Source: Betaproteobacteria bacterium (GTDB taxonomy: Bacteria; Pseudomonadota; Gammaproteobacteria; Burkholderiales; SG8-39). Taken from it: a stretch of DNA of 64,000 bases. The stretch covers positions 5,117 to 69,116 of the forward strand of contig JACQTO010000080.1 in the NCBI GenBank assembly GCA_016210745.1. Direction: 5' to 3'. Positions 8,017-18,287 of this stretch are shown one piece after another. Positions within the stretch are counted from its first letter, which is position 1; each line of letters opens with the position of its first letter. The notes beneath the pieces were generated by a model. It did not search any database, was not told the origin of the DNA, and was given only the letters and a program-made list of their open reading frames with translations. A program made the translations under genes and the position numbers.

Positions 8017-9561
8017 TCAGGCCGCTTTGCGCCCGAAGATTCCGAACAGCGACGAGATTGAACTCGATTTTGCGCGCGCCGCGGCGGGCTGTGCTTCACG
8101 CTCGACCTTCTTGTAGTGCTGAGCCTGGGCGATGCGCTCGTCCTGGTCCGGGCGCCTCGCCGCGCTGCGTGGCTGCACGCGTTCCTCCGACTGGCGCCGG
8201 CGCTTGCCTTCGACCGGCCGGTCCCGGCGCGACTCCGAACTGGGTTTGCCCGCGCGTCCCTGGCGGGACTGCGGATTTGCCGCGCGTTGCGGCTTGCGTC
8301 CCTGGCGTTGTTGGGACTTGCGCTCCTCGGGCACGTGCCGCGCCGTCTGGTACGCTTTGCTCGGCTCGAAGCCGGGAACGACGCGCAGCTCGACCTTCTT
8401 GTTGATCAACCGCTCGATGGCAGCCATCAGCGGCCGGTCTTCGCCCGACACCAGCGAGACCGCTGCTCCCGTTATTCCTGCGCGGCCGGTACGGCCGATG
8501 CGGTGCACGTAATCCTCCGAAACGTTCGGCAGGTCGTAGTTCACCACGTGCGGCAGCGCATCGATGTCGATGCCGCGAGCGGCGATGTCGGTCGCGACCA
8601 GCACCTGAAGCTCGTTGTCCTTGAAGCGTTTAAGCGTGCGCGTGCGCTGTGGCTGGCTCTTGTTACCGTGGATGGCGTCGGCGTCGATGCCATCGTCTTC
8701 GAGCTGCTGGGCCAGCCGGTTGGCGCCGTGCTTGGTCTTGGTAAACACCAGCACTTGTTGCCAGTTGTTGGTCTTCACCAGATGCGAGAGGAGCTCGCGT
8801 TTCCTGTCCTTGTCCACCGGGTGGGCGACCTGGCCGATGAGTTCGATCGGCGCATTGCGCCGCGCGACCTCGACCGTGACCGGGTCATGGAGGAACTGGC
8901 TGGAGAGCCTGCGGATCTCATCGGAAAATGTGGCCGAGAAGAGCAGATTCTGGCGCTTCGGCGGCAGCAGGCCGAGGATGCGGCGGATGTCGTGGATGAA
9001 GCCCATATCGAGCATGCGATCGGCCTCATCGAGCACGAGGATTTCAATCGAGCGCAGATCGATGGTGCGCTGCTGCACGTGGTCGAGCAGCCGGCCGGGG
9101 GTGGCGACGACGATGTCCACGCCGCGGCGCAGCTCGGCGATCTGCGGGCCGATGCCCATACCGCCAAAAATCGCGGCCGAACGCAGCCGCAGGTGTTTGC
9201 CGTAGACGCGCACGCTGTCTTGCACCTGCGCCGCGAGTTCGCGCGTGGGCACGAGAATCAGAGCGCGCACGGGATGGCGAGCTGGCGAAGTGCTTGCCGC
9301 ATTCTTGTAGCTGGCGTGGTTCGAGAGCAGATTCAGCATGGGCAGCGTGAAGCCGGCGGTCTTGCCGGTGCCGGTCTGCGCAGCGCCGAGCAGATCGCGG
9401 CCCGAGAGCACCACGGGAATGGCCTGAGCCTGGATGGGCGTGGGTTCGGTATAACCCTGCTCGGCAACAGCGCGGAGCAGCTCGGCCGAAAGGCCGAGAT
9501 TCTGGAATGACGTATTTATAGATTTCTCCTGAAATCGGCCTGCAAAGGACGAGCCTTTCAA
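8017..9561 (-). CDS. rhlE: ATP-dependent DEAD-box RNA helicase RhlE
   Basis: Q-motif 'F..LGL...LL.A..GY..PTPIQ', [15 protein letters not shown] and [10 protein letters not shown] motifs, with an arginine-rich C-terminal tail. The start codon is uncertain. Confidence 0.9.
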   Translation of the reverse strand: MKGSSFAGRFQEKSINTSFQNLGLSAELLRAVAEQGYTEPTPIQAQAIPVVLSGRDLLGAAQTGTGKTAGFTLPMLNLLSNHASYKNAASTSPARHPVRALILVPTRELAAQVQDSVRVYGKHLRLRSAAIFGGMGIGPQIAELRRGVDIVVATPGRLLDHVQQRTIDLRSIEILVLDEADRMLDMGFIHDIRRILGLLPPKRQNLLFSATFSDEIRRLSSQFLHDPVTVEVARRNAPIELIGQVAHPVDKDRKRELLSHLVKTNNWQQVLVFTKTKHGANRLAQQLEDDGIDADAIHGNKSQPQRTRTLKRFKDNELQVLVATDIAARGIDIDALPHVVNYDLPNVSEDYVHRIGRTGRAGITGAAVSLVSGEDRPLMAAIERLINKKVELRVVPGFEPSKAYQTARHVPEERKSQQRQGRKPQRAANPQSRQGRAGKPSSESRRDRPVEGKRRRQSEERVQPRSAARRPDQDERIAQAQHYKKVEREAQPAAARAKSSSISSLFGIFGRKAA

Positions 9562-9702
9562 ACCGGTTCAGGCAGATGCACTACATTGGAAAATTCGGGG
9601 AGCTTGGGAGGAACCGCGAAAAGGCTGAAACGCTAACCGGATGACGCGAAACAGAAACCTTCCAGCGCATCATACACGAAACCGGCGCTCGCAGGCGTTT
9701 AT

Positions 9703-9960
9703 TTATCGGCCCAGATTGGCGAGATCCAGATTCTGGGCGTCGTAACCGACGTTTTTAGGTCCGGCGTGGGCACGCTGTTCAGCATCGGCCTTCTGGAAGG
9801 CTGTGGCCAGCTCGATGCTGAGCTTGGCCAATTGCGCCGCATCGGGCTTGAACACGGCGGCATTTTCCACCCTGAGAAAGGCGCGGCCGATCAGCTCGAC
9901 GTAAATGCGCTCGGCCAAACTGCTCAGCTCGGAAGCTTGGATTTTGGCGGGTTCACTCAT
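9703..9960 (-). CDS. Hypothetical small protein (85 aa)
   Basis: Codon usage is consistent with its neighbours. No recognisable motif. Confidence 0.4.
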   Translation of the reverse strand: MSEPAKIQASELSSLAERIYVELIGRAFLRVENAAVFKPDAAQLAKLSIELATAFQKADAEQRAHAGPKNVGYDAQNLDLANLGR

Positions 9961-9962
9961 GA

Positions 9963-10069
9963 GGAAATGGGGTCAGCGAGGTGAAAATGGGGTCAGAGTA
10001 ACATTTCCCGACTTCCTCGGGCGAAATCAGTTTCGCGCTAGTGAAATGTTACTCTGACCCCATTTTCAC
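9963..10069. repeat. Inverted-repeat element B2 (same family as 7924-8005) plus an extra half-copy at 9963-9980
   Basis: GTGAAAATGGGGTCAGAGTAACATTT ... AAATGTTACTCTGACCCCATTTTCAC. The right arm supplies the last codons and the stop of the UvrA-like ORF. Confidence 0.7.
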
Positions 10070-10378
10070 ACCGACATGTTCGCCGCGCAAGAAGTCGCTC
10101 AGTACGCGCGCGGTGTGGCCGTTATCGCCGCGGCGCGCGATTTCTTCTGGCGTTCCTTGTGCAACGATGCGACCGCCCGCGTCGCCGCCTTCGGGGCCGA
10201 GATCGATGATCCAGTCGGCATCGGCGATGATGTCGAGGTTGTGCTCGATCACCAGCACGGTGTTGCCGGCGTCCACCAATCGATGCAGAACCCGAATGAG
10301 CCGATCGACATCGGCCATGTGCAGGCCGACGGAGGGTTCGTCGAGGACGTAGAGGGTGTTGATCTGCCGCCCCCTCAC
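10049..10378 (-). CDS. C-terminal Walker-B/D-loop/H-loop segment of the fourth NBD of the UvrA-like gene, separated from the main ORF only by an in-frame TGA
   Basis: '[65 protein letters not shown]'. End coordinates 10378 and 16099 are both 1 mod 3, so it is in the same frame as 10412-16099. Confidence 0.8.
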   Translation of the reverse strand: MRGRQINTLYVLDEPSVGLHMADVDRLIRVLHRLVDAGNTVLVIEHNLDIIADADWIIDLGPEGGDAGGRIVAQGTPEEIARRGDNGHTARVLSDFLRGEHVGVKMGSE

Positions 10379-10411
10379 CCTAGCCCTCTCCCCCTGCAGG
10401 GTGAGATGGGA

Positions 10412-13400
10412 TCACAAATCATCCCCCTCTCCCCTCGATGAAGTGCTCCCCTCTGCCCTCGATAAGGTAGCCTCCTCTCCTCTCCGCGAGGGGAGACGGT
10501 CGAGGTGCGGGGTGCGCACCTTCGCCAACTCGGTAACCAGCTTGATCCTCTGCGCTTCGCCGCCAGATAGCGTTGGGCTCTGCTGACCCAGAGTGAGGTA
10601 GCCCAGCCCCACGTCCTGCAACAGGCTGAGCGCGTGGTGGATCGCCGGATGCACGGCAAAGAACCCGAGCGCCTCGTCCACGCTCATCGCCAGCACTTGG
10701 CCGATGGTCTTTGCCTTCCAACGCACCGCAAGAGTCTCCGGATTGAAGCGCGCGCCGCGGCAGACATCGCAGCCGATCTTCACATCGGGCAGAAAGCTCA
10801 TCTCGATTCGCTTCACGCCCTGGCCTTCGCATGCATCGCAGCGCCCGCCCGCGATGTTGAAGGAAAAGCGGCTCGCGCTCCAGCCGCGCATGCGCGCCTC
10901 GGTGGTGCCGGCGAAGAGCTTGCGGATTGCGTCCCAGAAACCGACGTAGGTCGCCGGGCAGGAGCGCGGGGTCTTGCCGATCGGCGTTTGGTCCACTTCG
11001 AGCACGCGGCCGATGCTTTCGGCTCCGCGGATTTCGCGGCAGCCGCTCAATGAGTCCCGGCGCGGGGCATCATCGGCGTTCTTCCCGCGCGACTCCGAAA
11101 CAGCGCGAGCGAGATTCGCATACAGCACATCGCGGGCGAGCGTCGATTTCCCCGAGCCTGAAACGCCTGAGACGACCGACAGCCGCGCCAGCGGCACGCG
11201 CACGTCGATGTTGTTCAGGTTGTGCAGTTTCGCGCCGACGATTTCGAGCGCAGGCGTCTTGCCGTTCACGGCGCGGCGCGGATGCAGCGGATGCTTGAGC
11301 GGCTCGGCGAGAAATCGTCCCGTGACCGAGTTCGGATTGCGCATCAGGTCGCGCGCGCTGCCCGAGGCAATCACGCGGCCGCCCTCCTTGCCTGCGCCGG
11401 GACCCAGATCGATCACGTGCGCGGCGGCGCGAATGGTCTCTTCGTCGTGCTCCACCACGACCAGCGTATTGCCTTTGGCGCGCAGCTTCTCCAGCGTAGC
11501 GAGAAGAATCCGGTTGTCGCGCGGATGCAAGCCGATCGTGGGTTCGTCCAGAATGTAGCAAACGCCGCGCAGATTGGAGCCCAGTTGCGCGGCCAGGCGG
11601 ATTCTCTGCGCTTCGCCGCCGGAGAGCGTCGGCGCCGATCGTTCCAGCGCGAGGTAGTCGAGCCCGACTTGCTCCAGAAACGACAGGCGCGAGCCGATCT
11701 CAGCGACGATGTCGCGCGCGATCTCGGCTTCGCGGCCCTGCAACGAGAGCTTGCGAAACAGCGCCGCGACCTCGCGCACCGGCATTGCGGCAAGCTCGGC
11801 GATCGAGCTGCCGTGGAACCGAACCGCGAGCGCTTCGCGGTTCAGGCGTTGACCCGCGCAGGCCGGGCAGATCGTTTCATCGCCTTCGAACCATTCGTTC
11901 CACCAGATCTCCTCGCCGCTTTGCTCGGCGTCGAAGCCGGAAATCGCAAGCCCGGTGCCGAAGCACTCGGGACACCAGCCGTGCCTCGAGTTATAGGAGA
12001 ACAATCGCGGATCGAGCTCGGGAAAGCTGCGGCCGCACGAGGGACAGGCACGCTTGGTCGAAAAGATCGCGTGTTCCAGGTCGACTTCGACACGGTTTGC
12101 GTTCGGGTCTGCGGCCGCGCGTGCCTGCTCCAGGCGATCCAGCGGCGAGAGCACGTGCACCACGCCCTTGCCGAAGTCGAGCGCGCGCGTAAGCGCCTCG
12201 CGCAACGGCCGCTCGCTGTCCGGCGCGACGCGCAGGTCCGCCACCGGCAACTCGATCGAGTGCTCGCGAAAACGGTCCAGGCGCGGCCAGCGCCCGGTGG
12301 GCAGGAACTCGCCGTCCACGCGAAGAAATTCGCAGCCCTTTGCGCGCGCCCATTTGGCGAGGTCGGTGTAATAACCCTTGCGATTGACGACAAGCGGCGC
12401 GAGGAGGCCAATGCGGCTGCCGCGATAGTTCTTCAGGAGGCGCGCGGCGATCGCTTCCTCGGTCTGCGGCTCGATGGTAACGGAGCAATCCGGGCAGTGC
12501 TGGGTGCCGAGCTTCACGTACAGGAGACGCAGAAAATGATGGATTTCGGTGAGTGTGGCCACGGTGCTTTTTCTTCCGCCGCGACTGGTGCGCTGTTCGA
12601 TCGCAACCGTCGGCGGAATGCCGAAAATCGCATCGACGTCGGGCTTTGCGGCCGGCTGCACGAACTGGCGCGCATAGGCGTTGAGCGATTCGAGATAGCG
12701 CCGCTGGCCTTCGGCGAACAGGATATCGAATGCGAGCGTCGATTTTCCGGAGCCCGAGACGCCGGTGATCACCGTGAACACATTGCGCGGAATCTGAAGA
12801 TCGCCGATCGCAAGATTGTGCTCGCGGGCGTTGTGGATGGTTATGCACCTGCGGGAAGGCTCCTGCACCTTCAGGGAGGAGGATGGGATGGGTTCATCGG
12901 GACGCGAACCCCGTCCCCTCCCTGACTCTCCCCTTGACGGGGAGGGGATGCCGAGCGCGATTTCGTACTCGCGCAGCGCACGTCCGGTGTGCGAGCCCGC
13001 GTGCCGGGCGACCTCGGCTGGCGTTCCCGTGCAGACGATTTCGCCGCCCGCCTCGCCGCCCTCCGGACCGAGGTCGATGATCCAATCGCAAGCGCGGATC
13101 ACATCGAGATTGTGTTCGATGACGACCAGCGAATGGCCCGCCTCGATCAGCCGGTGCAAAGCGCGCAGCAACTTGGCGATGTCGTCGAAGTGAAGGCCGG
13201 TGGTGGGCTCGTCGAACAAGAAGAGTTTTCCCGTCACCCCCGCGAAAGCGGGGGTCCAGTCTGTTGGCGGCTTGCTGCATTCCCGTCCCCTGACAAAGGC
13301 ATTCGAGGGCACGCTTCGCGGGAATGACGGCATTGCTGTGGCCGCCACCAAATGCCCCGCCAATTTCAAGCGCTGCGCTTCCCCGCCGGAGAGCGTGGGT

Positions 13401-16045
13401 ACGGGCTGACCGAGACGCAGATACTCGAGCCCGACCTCCGCCAGCGGCGCAAGCGCAGCCTGTACCGCCGCATGATCGGCAAAGAACGCGAGTGCTTCCG
13501 AGACGGTCAGATCGAGCACGTCGGCAATCGACTTGCCTGCCGACGAATCGCCGGCGCCGCGCACCGTGACTTCGAGCACCTCGCTGCGAAAGCGCCTGCC
13601 GTTGCAGTCGGGGCAGCGCAGGTACACATCGGAGAGAAACTGCATTTCGATGTGCTCGAAGCCGTTGCCGCCGCAGGCCGGACAGCGGCCTGCGGTCTTC
13701 CCGCTGCCGGAGTTGAAGCTGAATGTGCCGGCGGTGTACTTGCGCTCCCTCGCGAGCGGATCCCGGGCGAAGATGTTGCGTATTGCGTCCCAGGCACCGA
13801 CGTAACTCGCTGGATTGGAACGCGTGGTGCGGCCGATGGGCGTCTGGTCCACCATGATCACGTCATCGATCAGCGCATGGCCTTCGAGCGCACGGTGTGC
13901 GCCCGGCGCTTCGGTGGGCTTGCCCTTCGCCTTTCGGAGCGCTGCGTAGAGCACGTCCTGCACCAGCGTCGATTTGCCCGAGCCCGAGACGCCCGTGATG
14001 CATACCAATCGCCCGAGCGGTATGGCGACATCTATGTTCTTCAGGTTGTGTTCGGTCGCGCCGAGGAGTTGGATGGCTCGCTTCTCCTTTGCGACGGGAG
14101 AGGAGAGATCAAGCGTTCCCTCTCCCCCGCTCGCGGGGGAGAGGGCTAGGGTGAGGGGGTGCGCGCCATCCGCGCGCTTTCTCCCGGAGAGATATTCCGC
14201 GGTAAGTGTTCCGGAGACCTTCAGCTCCTGCGGCGTGCCGAAGAACACCACTTCGCCGCCGCGCTCGCCCGGACCCGGTCCCATGTCCATGAGGCGATCG
14301 GCGGCGAACATGATCTGCGGGTCGTGTTCGACCACCACCAGCGAGTTGCCCGCGTCGCGCAGGCGCTCCATGACGCCGATCACGCGGCGCATATCGCGCG
14401 GGTGGAGGCCGATCGAGGGCTCGTCGAGCACAAACAGCGTGTTGACCAGCGAGGTGCCGAGCGCAGTGGTGAGATTGATCCGCTGCACCTCGCCCCCGGA
14501 GAGCGTGCGCGACTGGCGATCGAGCGTGAGATAACCGAGGCCCACGTCACACACATAGCGCAGCCGCGCGCGGATCTCGGTGAGCAGCAGATCCGTTGCT
14601 TCGTCGAGTGGCGCAGGGAGGCGGAGATTGTCAAAAAACGCTCGGCAGCGATCGATCGGCAGCAGCATCAGATCGTGCAGCGCAAGTCCGGGCAGGGCGC
14701 GCAGCTTCTCGTCGCTGAATTTCACGCCCACGGGCTTGAAGCGAGCCGCCGCGCGGTCCTTGCTTCGCGAATCGAACGCGCCGTCGGCGTCCTCGACGCT
14801 CCCCAGCCGCCAAAGCAGGGCATCGGTTTTCAGCCTCGCGCCGCCGCAGGAAGGGCAGGGCGTATACGCGCGGTATTTCGACAGCAGCACGCGGATGTGC
14901 ATCTTGTAGGCCTTGGTCTCCAGCCAGGCGAAAAAGCGGCGCACACCGTACCAGATTCCGGGCCAGGACTTGCGCCAGTTCACCCATTCGCGCTCGCCTT
15001 CGCGCACCCAGATGCGCTGCTCTTCGGTAAGCGTTCGCCAGGGTGTGTCGAGCGGAATGCCGCGCTTCTTGGCGTATTTCTCCAGATCGTCCTGACACTC
15101 GCGATAGCTTGCCGTCTGCCAAGGTCTAACCGCGCCTTCGCGCAGCGTCTTCGTTTCGTCGGGTACGATCAGCCCGAAGTCGATGCCGATCACGCGCCCG
15201 AAACCGCGGCAGGTCTCGCACGCGCCCAGCGGCGAGTTGAACGAGAACAAGCTCGGCGCGGGTTCCTGGTAGCGGATGTCGCATTCAGCGCAGTGCAACT
15301 CGGAGGAGAAACGCCAGACCACCCCCTCACCATCCTCGCCCGCCACATACGCATTCACGCGTCCCTGCCCGAGCCGCAGCGCCGCCTCTATGCCCTCGAT
15401 TACCCGCGAACGATCGCCGCCCGACATTCGCAGTCGATCCTGAATCACCTCCAGCACGCCCTTGGTGCGCGCATGGATGCGGCTGTAGCCCTGCGCCTGC
15501 AGCAGTTGGCGCACTTCCTCTTCGCTGAAATTTTTCGGCACCGCAACCGGGAAGGTGATGACCAGCCGCGGATCGCTTGCGCCAGCGGCGCGTTCGGCGA
15601 GCTGCGCATAGATGCTCTCGGGCGTGTCGCGCCGCACGCGCTCGCCGCAACCGCGGCAGTAAAGCTGCGCGGCGCGCGCATAGAGCAGCTTCACGTGGTC
15701 GTTCAGCTCGGTCATCGTGCCGACCGTCGAGCGCGAAGTACGCACCGGGTTGGTCTGGTCGATCGCGATCGCAGGCGGAATGCCCTCGATGCGGTCCACC
15801 CGCGGCCGGTCCTGCCGATCGAGAAATTGGCGCGCGTAAGGGCTGAAGGTCTCCACGTAGCGCCGCTGGCCCTCTGCGTAGAGCGTATCGAATACGAGCG
15901 AGGATTTCCCGGATCCGGAAACGCCGGTGACGACCACCAGCTCGTTCAGAGGAATCTCAAGCGAAAGATTCTTGAGATTGTTCTGGCGGGCGCCGTGAAT
16001 GACGATGGCTTCCGGTTTTTCCCCGGAGTCGGTGGTGTGTTTCAT
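10412..16045 (-). CDS. Tandem-duplicated UvrA-like ABC ATPase (UvrA-UvrA fusion); reading frame continues into 10049-10378 after one TGA
   Basis: Four 'GVSGSGKS(S/T)' Walker A motifs, four 'LSGGE(A/V)QR' signatures and CxxC zinc modules in both halves. The likely start is MKHTTD at 16045. Confidence 0.85.
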   Translation of the reverse strand: MKHTTDSGEKPEAIVIHGARQNNLKNLSLEIPLNELVVVTGVSGSGKSSLVFDTLYAEGQRRYVETFSPYARQFLDRQDRPRVDRIEGIPPAIAIDQTNPVRTSRSTVGTMTELNDHVKLLYARAAQLYCRGCGERVRRDTPESIYAQLAERAAGASDPRLVITFPVAVPKNFSEEEVRQLLQAQGYSRIHARTKGVLEVIQDRLRMSGGDRSRVIEGIEAALRLGQGRVNAYVAGEDGEGVVWRFSSELHCAECDIRYQEPAPSLFSFNSPLGACETCRGFGRVIGIDFGLIVPDETKTLREGAVRPWQTASYRECQDDLEKYAKKRGIPLDTPWRTLTEEQRIWVREGEREWVNWRKSWPGIWYGVRRFFAWLETKAYKMHIRVLLSKYRAYTPCPSCGGARLKTDALLWRLGSVEDADGAFDSRSKDRAAARFKPVGVKFSDEKLRALPGLALHDLMLLPIDRCRAFFDNLRLPAPLDEATDLLLTEIRARLRYVCDVGLGYLTLDRQSRTLSGGEVQRINLTTALGTSLVNTLFVLDEPSIGLHPRDMRRVIGVMERLRDAGNSLVVVEHDPQIMFAADRLMDMGPGPGERGGEVVFFGTPQELKVSGTLTAEYLSGRKRADGAHPLTLALSPASGGEGTLDLSSPVAKEKRAIQLLGATEHNLKNIDVAIPLGRLVCITGVSGSGKSTLVQDVLYAALRKAKGKPTEAPGAHRALEGHALIDDVIMVDQTPIGRTTRSNPASYVGAWDAIRNIFARDPLARERKYTAGTFSFNSGSGKTAGRCPACGGNGFEHIEMQFLSDVYLRCPDCNGRRFRSEVLEVTVRGAGDSSAGKSIADVLDLTVSEALAFFADHAAVQAALAPLAEVGLEYLRLGQPVPTLSGGEAQRLKLAGHLVAATAMPSFPRSVPSNAFVRGRECSKPPTDWTPAFAGVTGKLFLFDEPTTGLHFDDIAKLLRALHRLIEAGHSLVVIEHNLDVIRACDWIIDLGPEGGEAGGEIVCTGTPAEVARHAGSHTGRALREYEIALGIPSPSRGESGRGRGSRPDEPIPSSSLKVQEPSRRCITIHNAREHNLAIGDLQIPRNVFTVITGVSGSGKSTLAFDILFAEGQRRYLESLNAYARQFVQPAAKPDVDAIFGIPPTVAIEQRTSRGGRKSTVATLTEIHHFLRLLYVKLGTQHCPDCSVTIEPQTEEAIAARLLKNYRGSRIGLLAPLVVNRKGYYTDLAKWARAKGCEFLRVDGEFLPTGRWPRLDRFREHSIELPVADLRVAPDSERPLREALTRALDFGKGVVHVLSPLDRLEQARAAADPNANRVEVDLEHAIFSTKRACPSCGRSFPELDPRLFSYNSRHGWCPECFGTGLAISGFDAEQSGEEIWWNEWFEGDETICPACAGQRLNREALAVRFHGSSIAELAAMPVREVAALFRKLSLQGREAEIARDIVAEIGSRLSFLEQVGLDYLALERSAPTLSGGEAQRIRLAAQLGSNLRGVCYILDEPTIGLHPRDNRILLATLEKLRAKGNTLVVVEHDEETIRAAAHVIDLGPGAGKEGGRVIASGSARDLMRNPNSVTGRFLAEPLKHPLHPRRAVNGKTPALEIVGAKLHNLNNIDVRVPLARLSVVSGVSGSGKSTLARDVLYANLARAVSESRGKNADDAPRRDSLSGCREIRGAESIGRVLEVDQTPIGKTPRSCPATYVGFWDAIRKLFAGTTEARMRGWSASRFSFNIAGGRCDACEGQGVKRIEMSFLPDVKIGCDVCRGARFNPETLAVRWKAKTIGQVLAMSVDEALGFFAVHPAIHHALSLLQDVGLGYLTLGQQSPTLSGGEAQRIKLVTELAKVRTPHLDRLPSRRGEEATLSRAEGSTSSRGEGDDL

Positions 16046-16585
16046 GCGTCCGGAAATGTTGATGCAGCGGTCGCGGTTGGGAGGCCGGAAGCCTCGCACA
16101 GAAGCCGCAAGCAGTCCAGCCTACTTTCCGTCCGCCAAGCACTGCACTTGCCGTAGGCCGCTAGATCGCGCGTGCTGGTCTTGATCACGCGCATCGCGAT
16201 CTTCAGTCCACTTCCGCGTTTTCATCCGCCAGCACGCTGCGAAAACCCACTGCACGGCGCAGCGCTGTGGATCGGGTCGAGGCCTTAGGCCGAACCCCAG
16301 CGCAACTGTTCTAAATTGTTCCGCCTAGCACCGGCGATGATGATAGCGCGGGAACGCGGCTTGTCCATTTTCTCATCAGGGAAATCGGGTGATTGCCCTG
16401 GGACAGGCGAGGCAAGCCTGGAGACCTGCTGCTACTCGTTCTTGTGCCGCCAGCTCTTAGAGTCCGGTTCTTGCCGTCTCGTTTCCTGACGATTACGCGC
16501 AGCGCTTCCCAAACCTTGACCGCCTGATATGCGAGGTCTAGTCTGGTTATTGCGACTGACTGTTTGCCTGCCAGGAGGATCGACA

Positions 16586-17227
16586 ATGATCAAATTCTCT
16601 CTCAACGACCAGCCCCGCCGGGTCGACGCCGCATCGGACATGCCGCTTTTGTGGGTGCTGCGCGATGTGCTCAACATGACCGGTACCAAGTACGGCTGCA
16701 GCAACGCACAATGCGGAGCGTGCACCGTGCACGTGGACGGCGAACCGATGCGCGCGTGCATACTGCCGGCATCGGCGGTTGCCGGCAAGCACGTGACCAC
16801 GATCGAGGGCCTCTCGCAAAATGGACACGTGCACCCGGTGCAGAAGGCATGGATGGATCTCCAGGTGCCGCAGTGCGGCTACTGCCAATCCGGACAGATC
16901 ATGAGGGTGATTTCGCTGCTGGAGAAATCGCCGAACCCGACCGACCAAGACATCGACCAGGTGCTGGTCAATATGTGCCACTGCGGCACCTATGCGCAAA
17001 TACGCAAGGCCATCCACGCGATTGCCAGGCAAAACGGCGGGTTGCGGACAAAACCGGCCATAGCAAGACCCAGAGCGGCAGAATCCGCAACAGCGAAACA
17101 CGCAACAGCGAAGCGGGCGACGGCAAGACGCGCGACAGCGAAACATGCGGCAGCAAAGCATGCTGCAACACGACGCGTAAGCGCGAGACGCACAAGACCC
17201 GCATCAGCGAGATCCGCTCGAGCCTAA
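16586..17227 (+). CDS. (2Fe-2S)-binding small subunit of the xanthine-dehydrogenase/IorA family with a repetitive basic C-terminal tail
   Basis: 'GCSNAQCGACTVHVDG' and 'QCGYCQSGQIM...CHCGTY' are cluster motifs. RBS GGAGGA lies upstream of the ATG at 16586. No large subunit gene follows. Confidence 0.85.
   Translation: MIKFSLNDQPRRVDAASDMPLLWVLRDVLNMTGTKYGCSNAQCGACTVHVDGEPMRACILPASAVAGKHVTTIEGLSQNGHVHPVQKAWMDLQVPQCGYCQSGQIMRVISLLEKSPNPTDQDIDQVLVNMCHCGTYAQIRKAIHAIARQNGGLRTKPAIARPRAAESATAKHATAKRATARRATAKHAAAKHAATRRVSARRTRPASARSARA
17087..17176 (+). repeat. Six tandem 15-bp units (GCRACAGCGAARCAY-like) encoding (A/T)AKHA-type pentapeptides
   Basis: Read directly. The translation is 'ATAKHATAKRATARRATAKHAAAKHAATRR'. 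Confidence 0.75.
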
Positions 17228-17370
17228 GCTAGCGCGAATCGCCGCGCGTGCCGCCGAGCGCGGGAATTTCCTCCTCCTTGGGTTTGGCTTGACCGCGAAT
17301 GATCGATTGCGGGCATATTGGCGTCGGCGGCGCGGGGCGCAGCGAATGACGCACGGAACGCTGCTTTTCT

Positions 17371-17613
17371 TCACTTCCCGGCGCGCTCACACGCCGCCCG
17401 GTCGCGCGTGCAGGCGTCCTGGCAAGCCTGTGCGGCCGGCGCCTCCGTGCTCGTGCGCCGGCATGACTGCATGCACGAGTTGAAGGAGCTCTTGCAGCTC
17501 CGCGCTTCGTCGGTTCCGGTGATGCTCTGATAGCCGTAGTACCCTGCCGCAACCGCGATTGCGACGAAGAGGAGCACGCCGAAAGAACTCAGGCCGCGCT
17601 GCGCGTTTCTCAT
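17371..17613 (-). CDS. Hypothetical small membrane-anchored Cys-rich protein
   Basis: Transmembrane segment 'FGVLLFVAIAVAAGYYGY', followed by 7 Cys in about 40 aa. Confidence 0.4.
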   Translation of the reverse strand: MRNAQRGLSSFGVLLFVAIAVAAGYYGYQSITGTDEARSCKSSFNSCMQSCRRTSTEAPAAQACQDACTRDRAACERAGK

Positions 17614-18020
17614 GGCTATTTCGCCACCACGTATAGGAAAATCAATGCCGCTGCCGTCCCCCGGCGCGGTGTTGGGCTTATGTTCATTCGAAGTCCCTCC
17701 TCCCCGGAAGATGACAGCACGTCGCGTGGGAGTATTTATTGGTTAATACGTGGGTAATCTACGCCACCTGCAGGAAGATGGCAACGTCCGGATATGACGG
17801 CGGAATAATGAGTGAGCGTGTTGATCGGCTGCTTCGGAGAAATTTCTCTGAAGCATTGCTCCCTCACATCGCTTTCTTGCCGACCCCACGTACTCGATTG
17901 CCCCACGCGTGCATCCCCAAGCGTGTGATACGGATGCAATCTCTGAAACCCTCGTAAACGAACTGGCTATAATCCATTCGGAATTGGATGGATCGACCTA
18001 GTGCTCATGGCCAGGGACAG

Positions 18021-18254
18021 ATGCGAGTAACAATCGAAATGCATGGTCCGCTTCAACGGTTCAACAAGGGTGGACAGCGAAGGGCGGAACTGGATCTGGA
18101 AGACAATCTAACCGTGCGCGATGTATTGATGAGCCTGGGAATGGACATGGACGAACCCTGGAACGCCGGGCTGGATGGCACACTGGCCGCTCCCTCGGAC
18201 AAGGTATCCGACGGTTCATTGCTGGTCGTATTTCCCCCGCTGGAGGGGGGATGA
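18021..18254 (+). CDS. MoaD/ThiS-family small protein (C-terminal GG), AOR-associated
   Basis: 'MRVTIEMHGPL...VFPPLEGG'. Ends 33 nt upstream of the AOR gene. Confidence 0.7.
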   Translation: MRVTIEMHGPLQRFNKGGQRRAELDLEDNLTVRDVLMSLGMDMDEPWNAGLDGTLAAPSDKVSDGSLLVVFPPLEGG

Positions 18255-18287
18255 TTCCGTGTTCGCGTACCGTCAAGTGAAGGGGGA

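Noticed and set aside
10412-10414. The in-frame TGA in the UvrA-like gene as a selenocysteine or programmed read-through codon.
   Set aside because: The codon lies inside a repeat-derived insertion in a surface loop, not at a catalytic position. I see no specific SECIS-like hairpin immediately 3' beyond the generic REP palindromes. No sel genes are in the window. A nonsense mutation or sequencing error is more parsimonious.
11222-12925. Long ORFs antisense to, or out of frame with, real genes. Examples are 2359-3633(-), 8116-9510(+), 11222-12925(+), 14159-16156(+), 20090-21016(-), 39621-40598(+), 47185-48675(+), 55567-56835(-) and 61914-63740(+).
   Set aside because: They fully overlap genes with clear family motifs. 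Their translations are Arg/Ala/Gly/Pro-rich low-complexity strings typical of shadow ORFs in ~65% GC DNA. None shows a recognisable motif.
16306-16321. A possible LexA/SOS box (CTGTTCTAAATTGTTC) upstream of the UvrA-like gene.
   Set aside because: The second half-site is GTTC rather than ACAG, and it lies about 260 nt from the start. This is not a credible CTGT-N8-ACAG box.
17940-17975. A sigma-70 promoter for the MoaD-AOR cluster (TATAAT at about 17966-17971).
   Set aside because: The best upstream -35-like hexamer (CTGAAA) is 19 nt away and poor. A lone TATAAT in a lower-GC spacer is not sufficient evidence.
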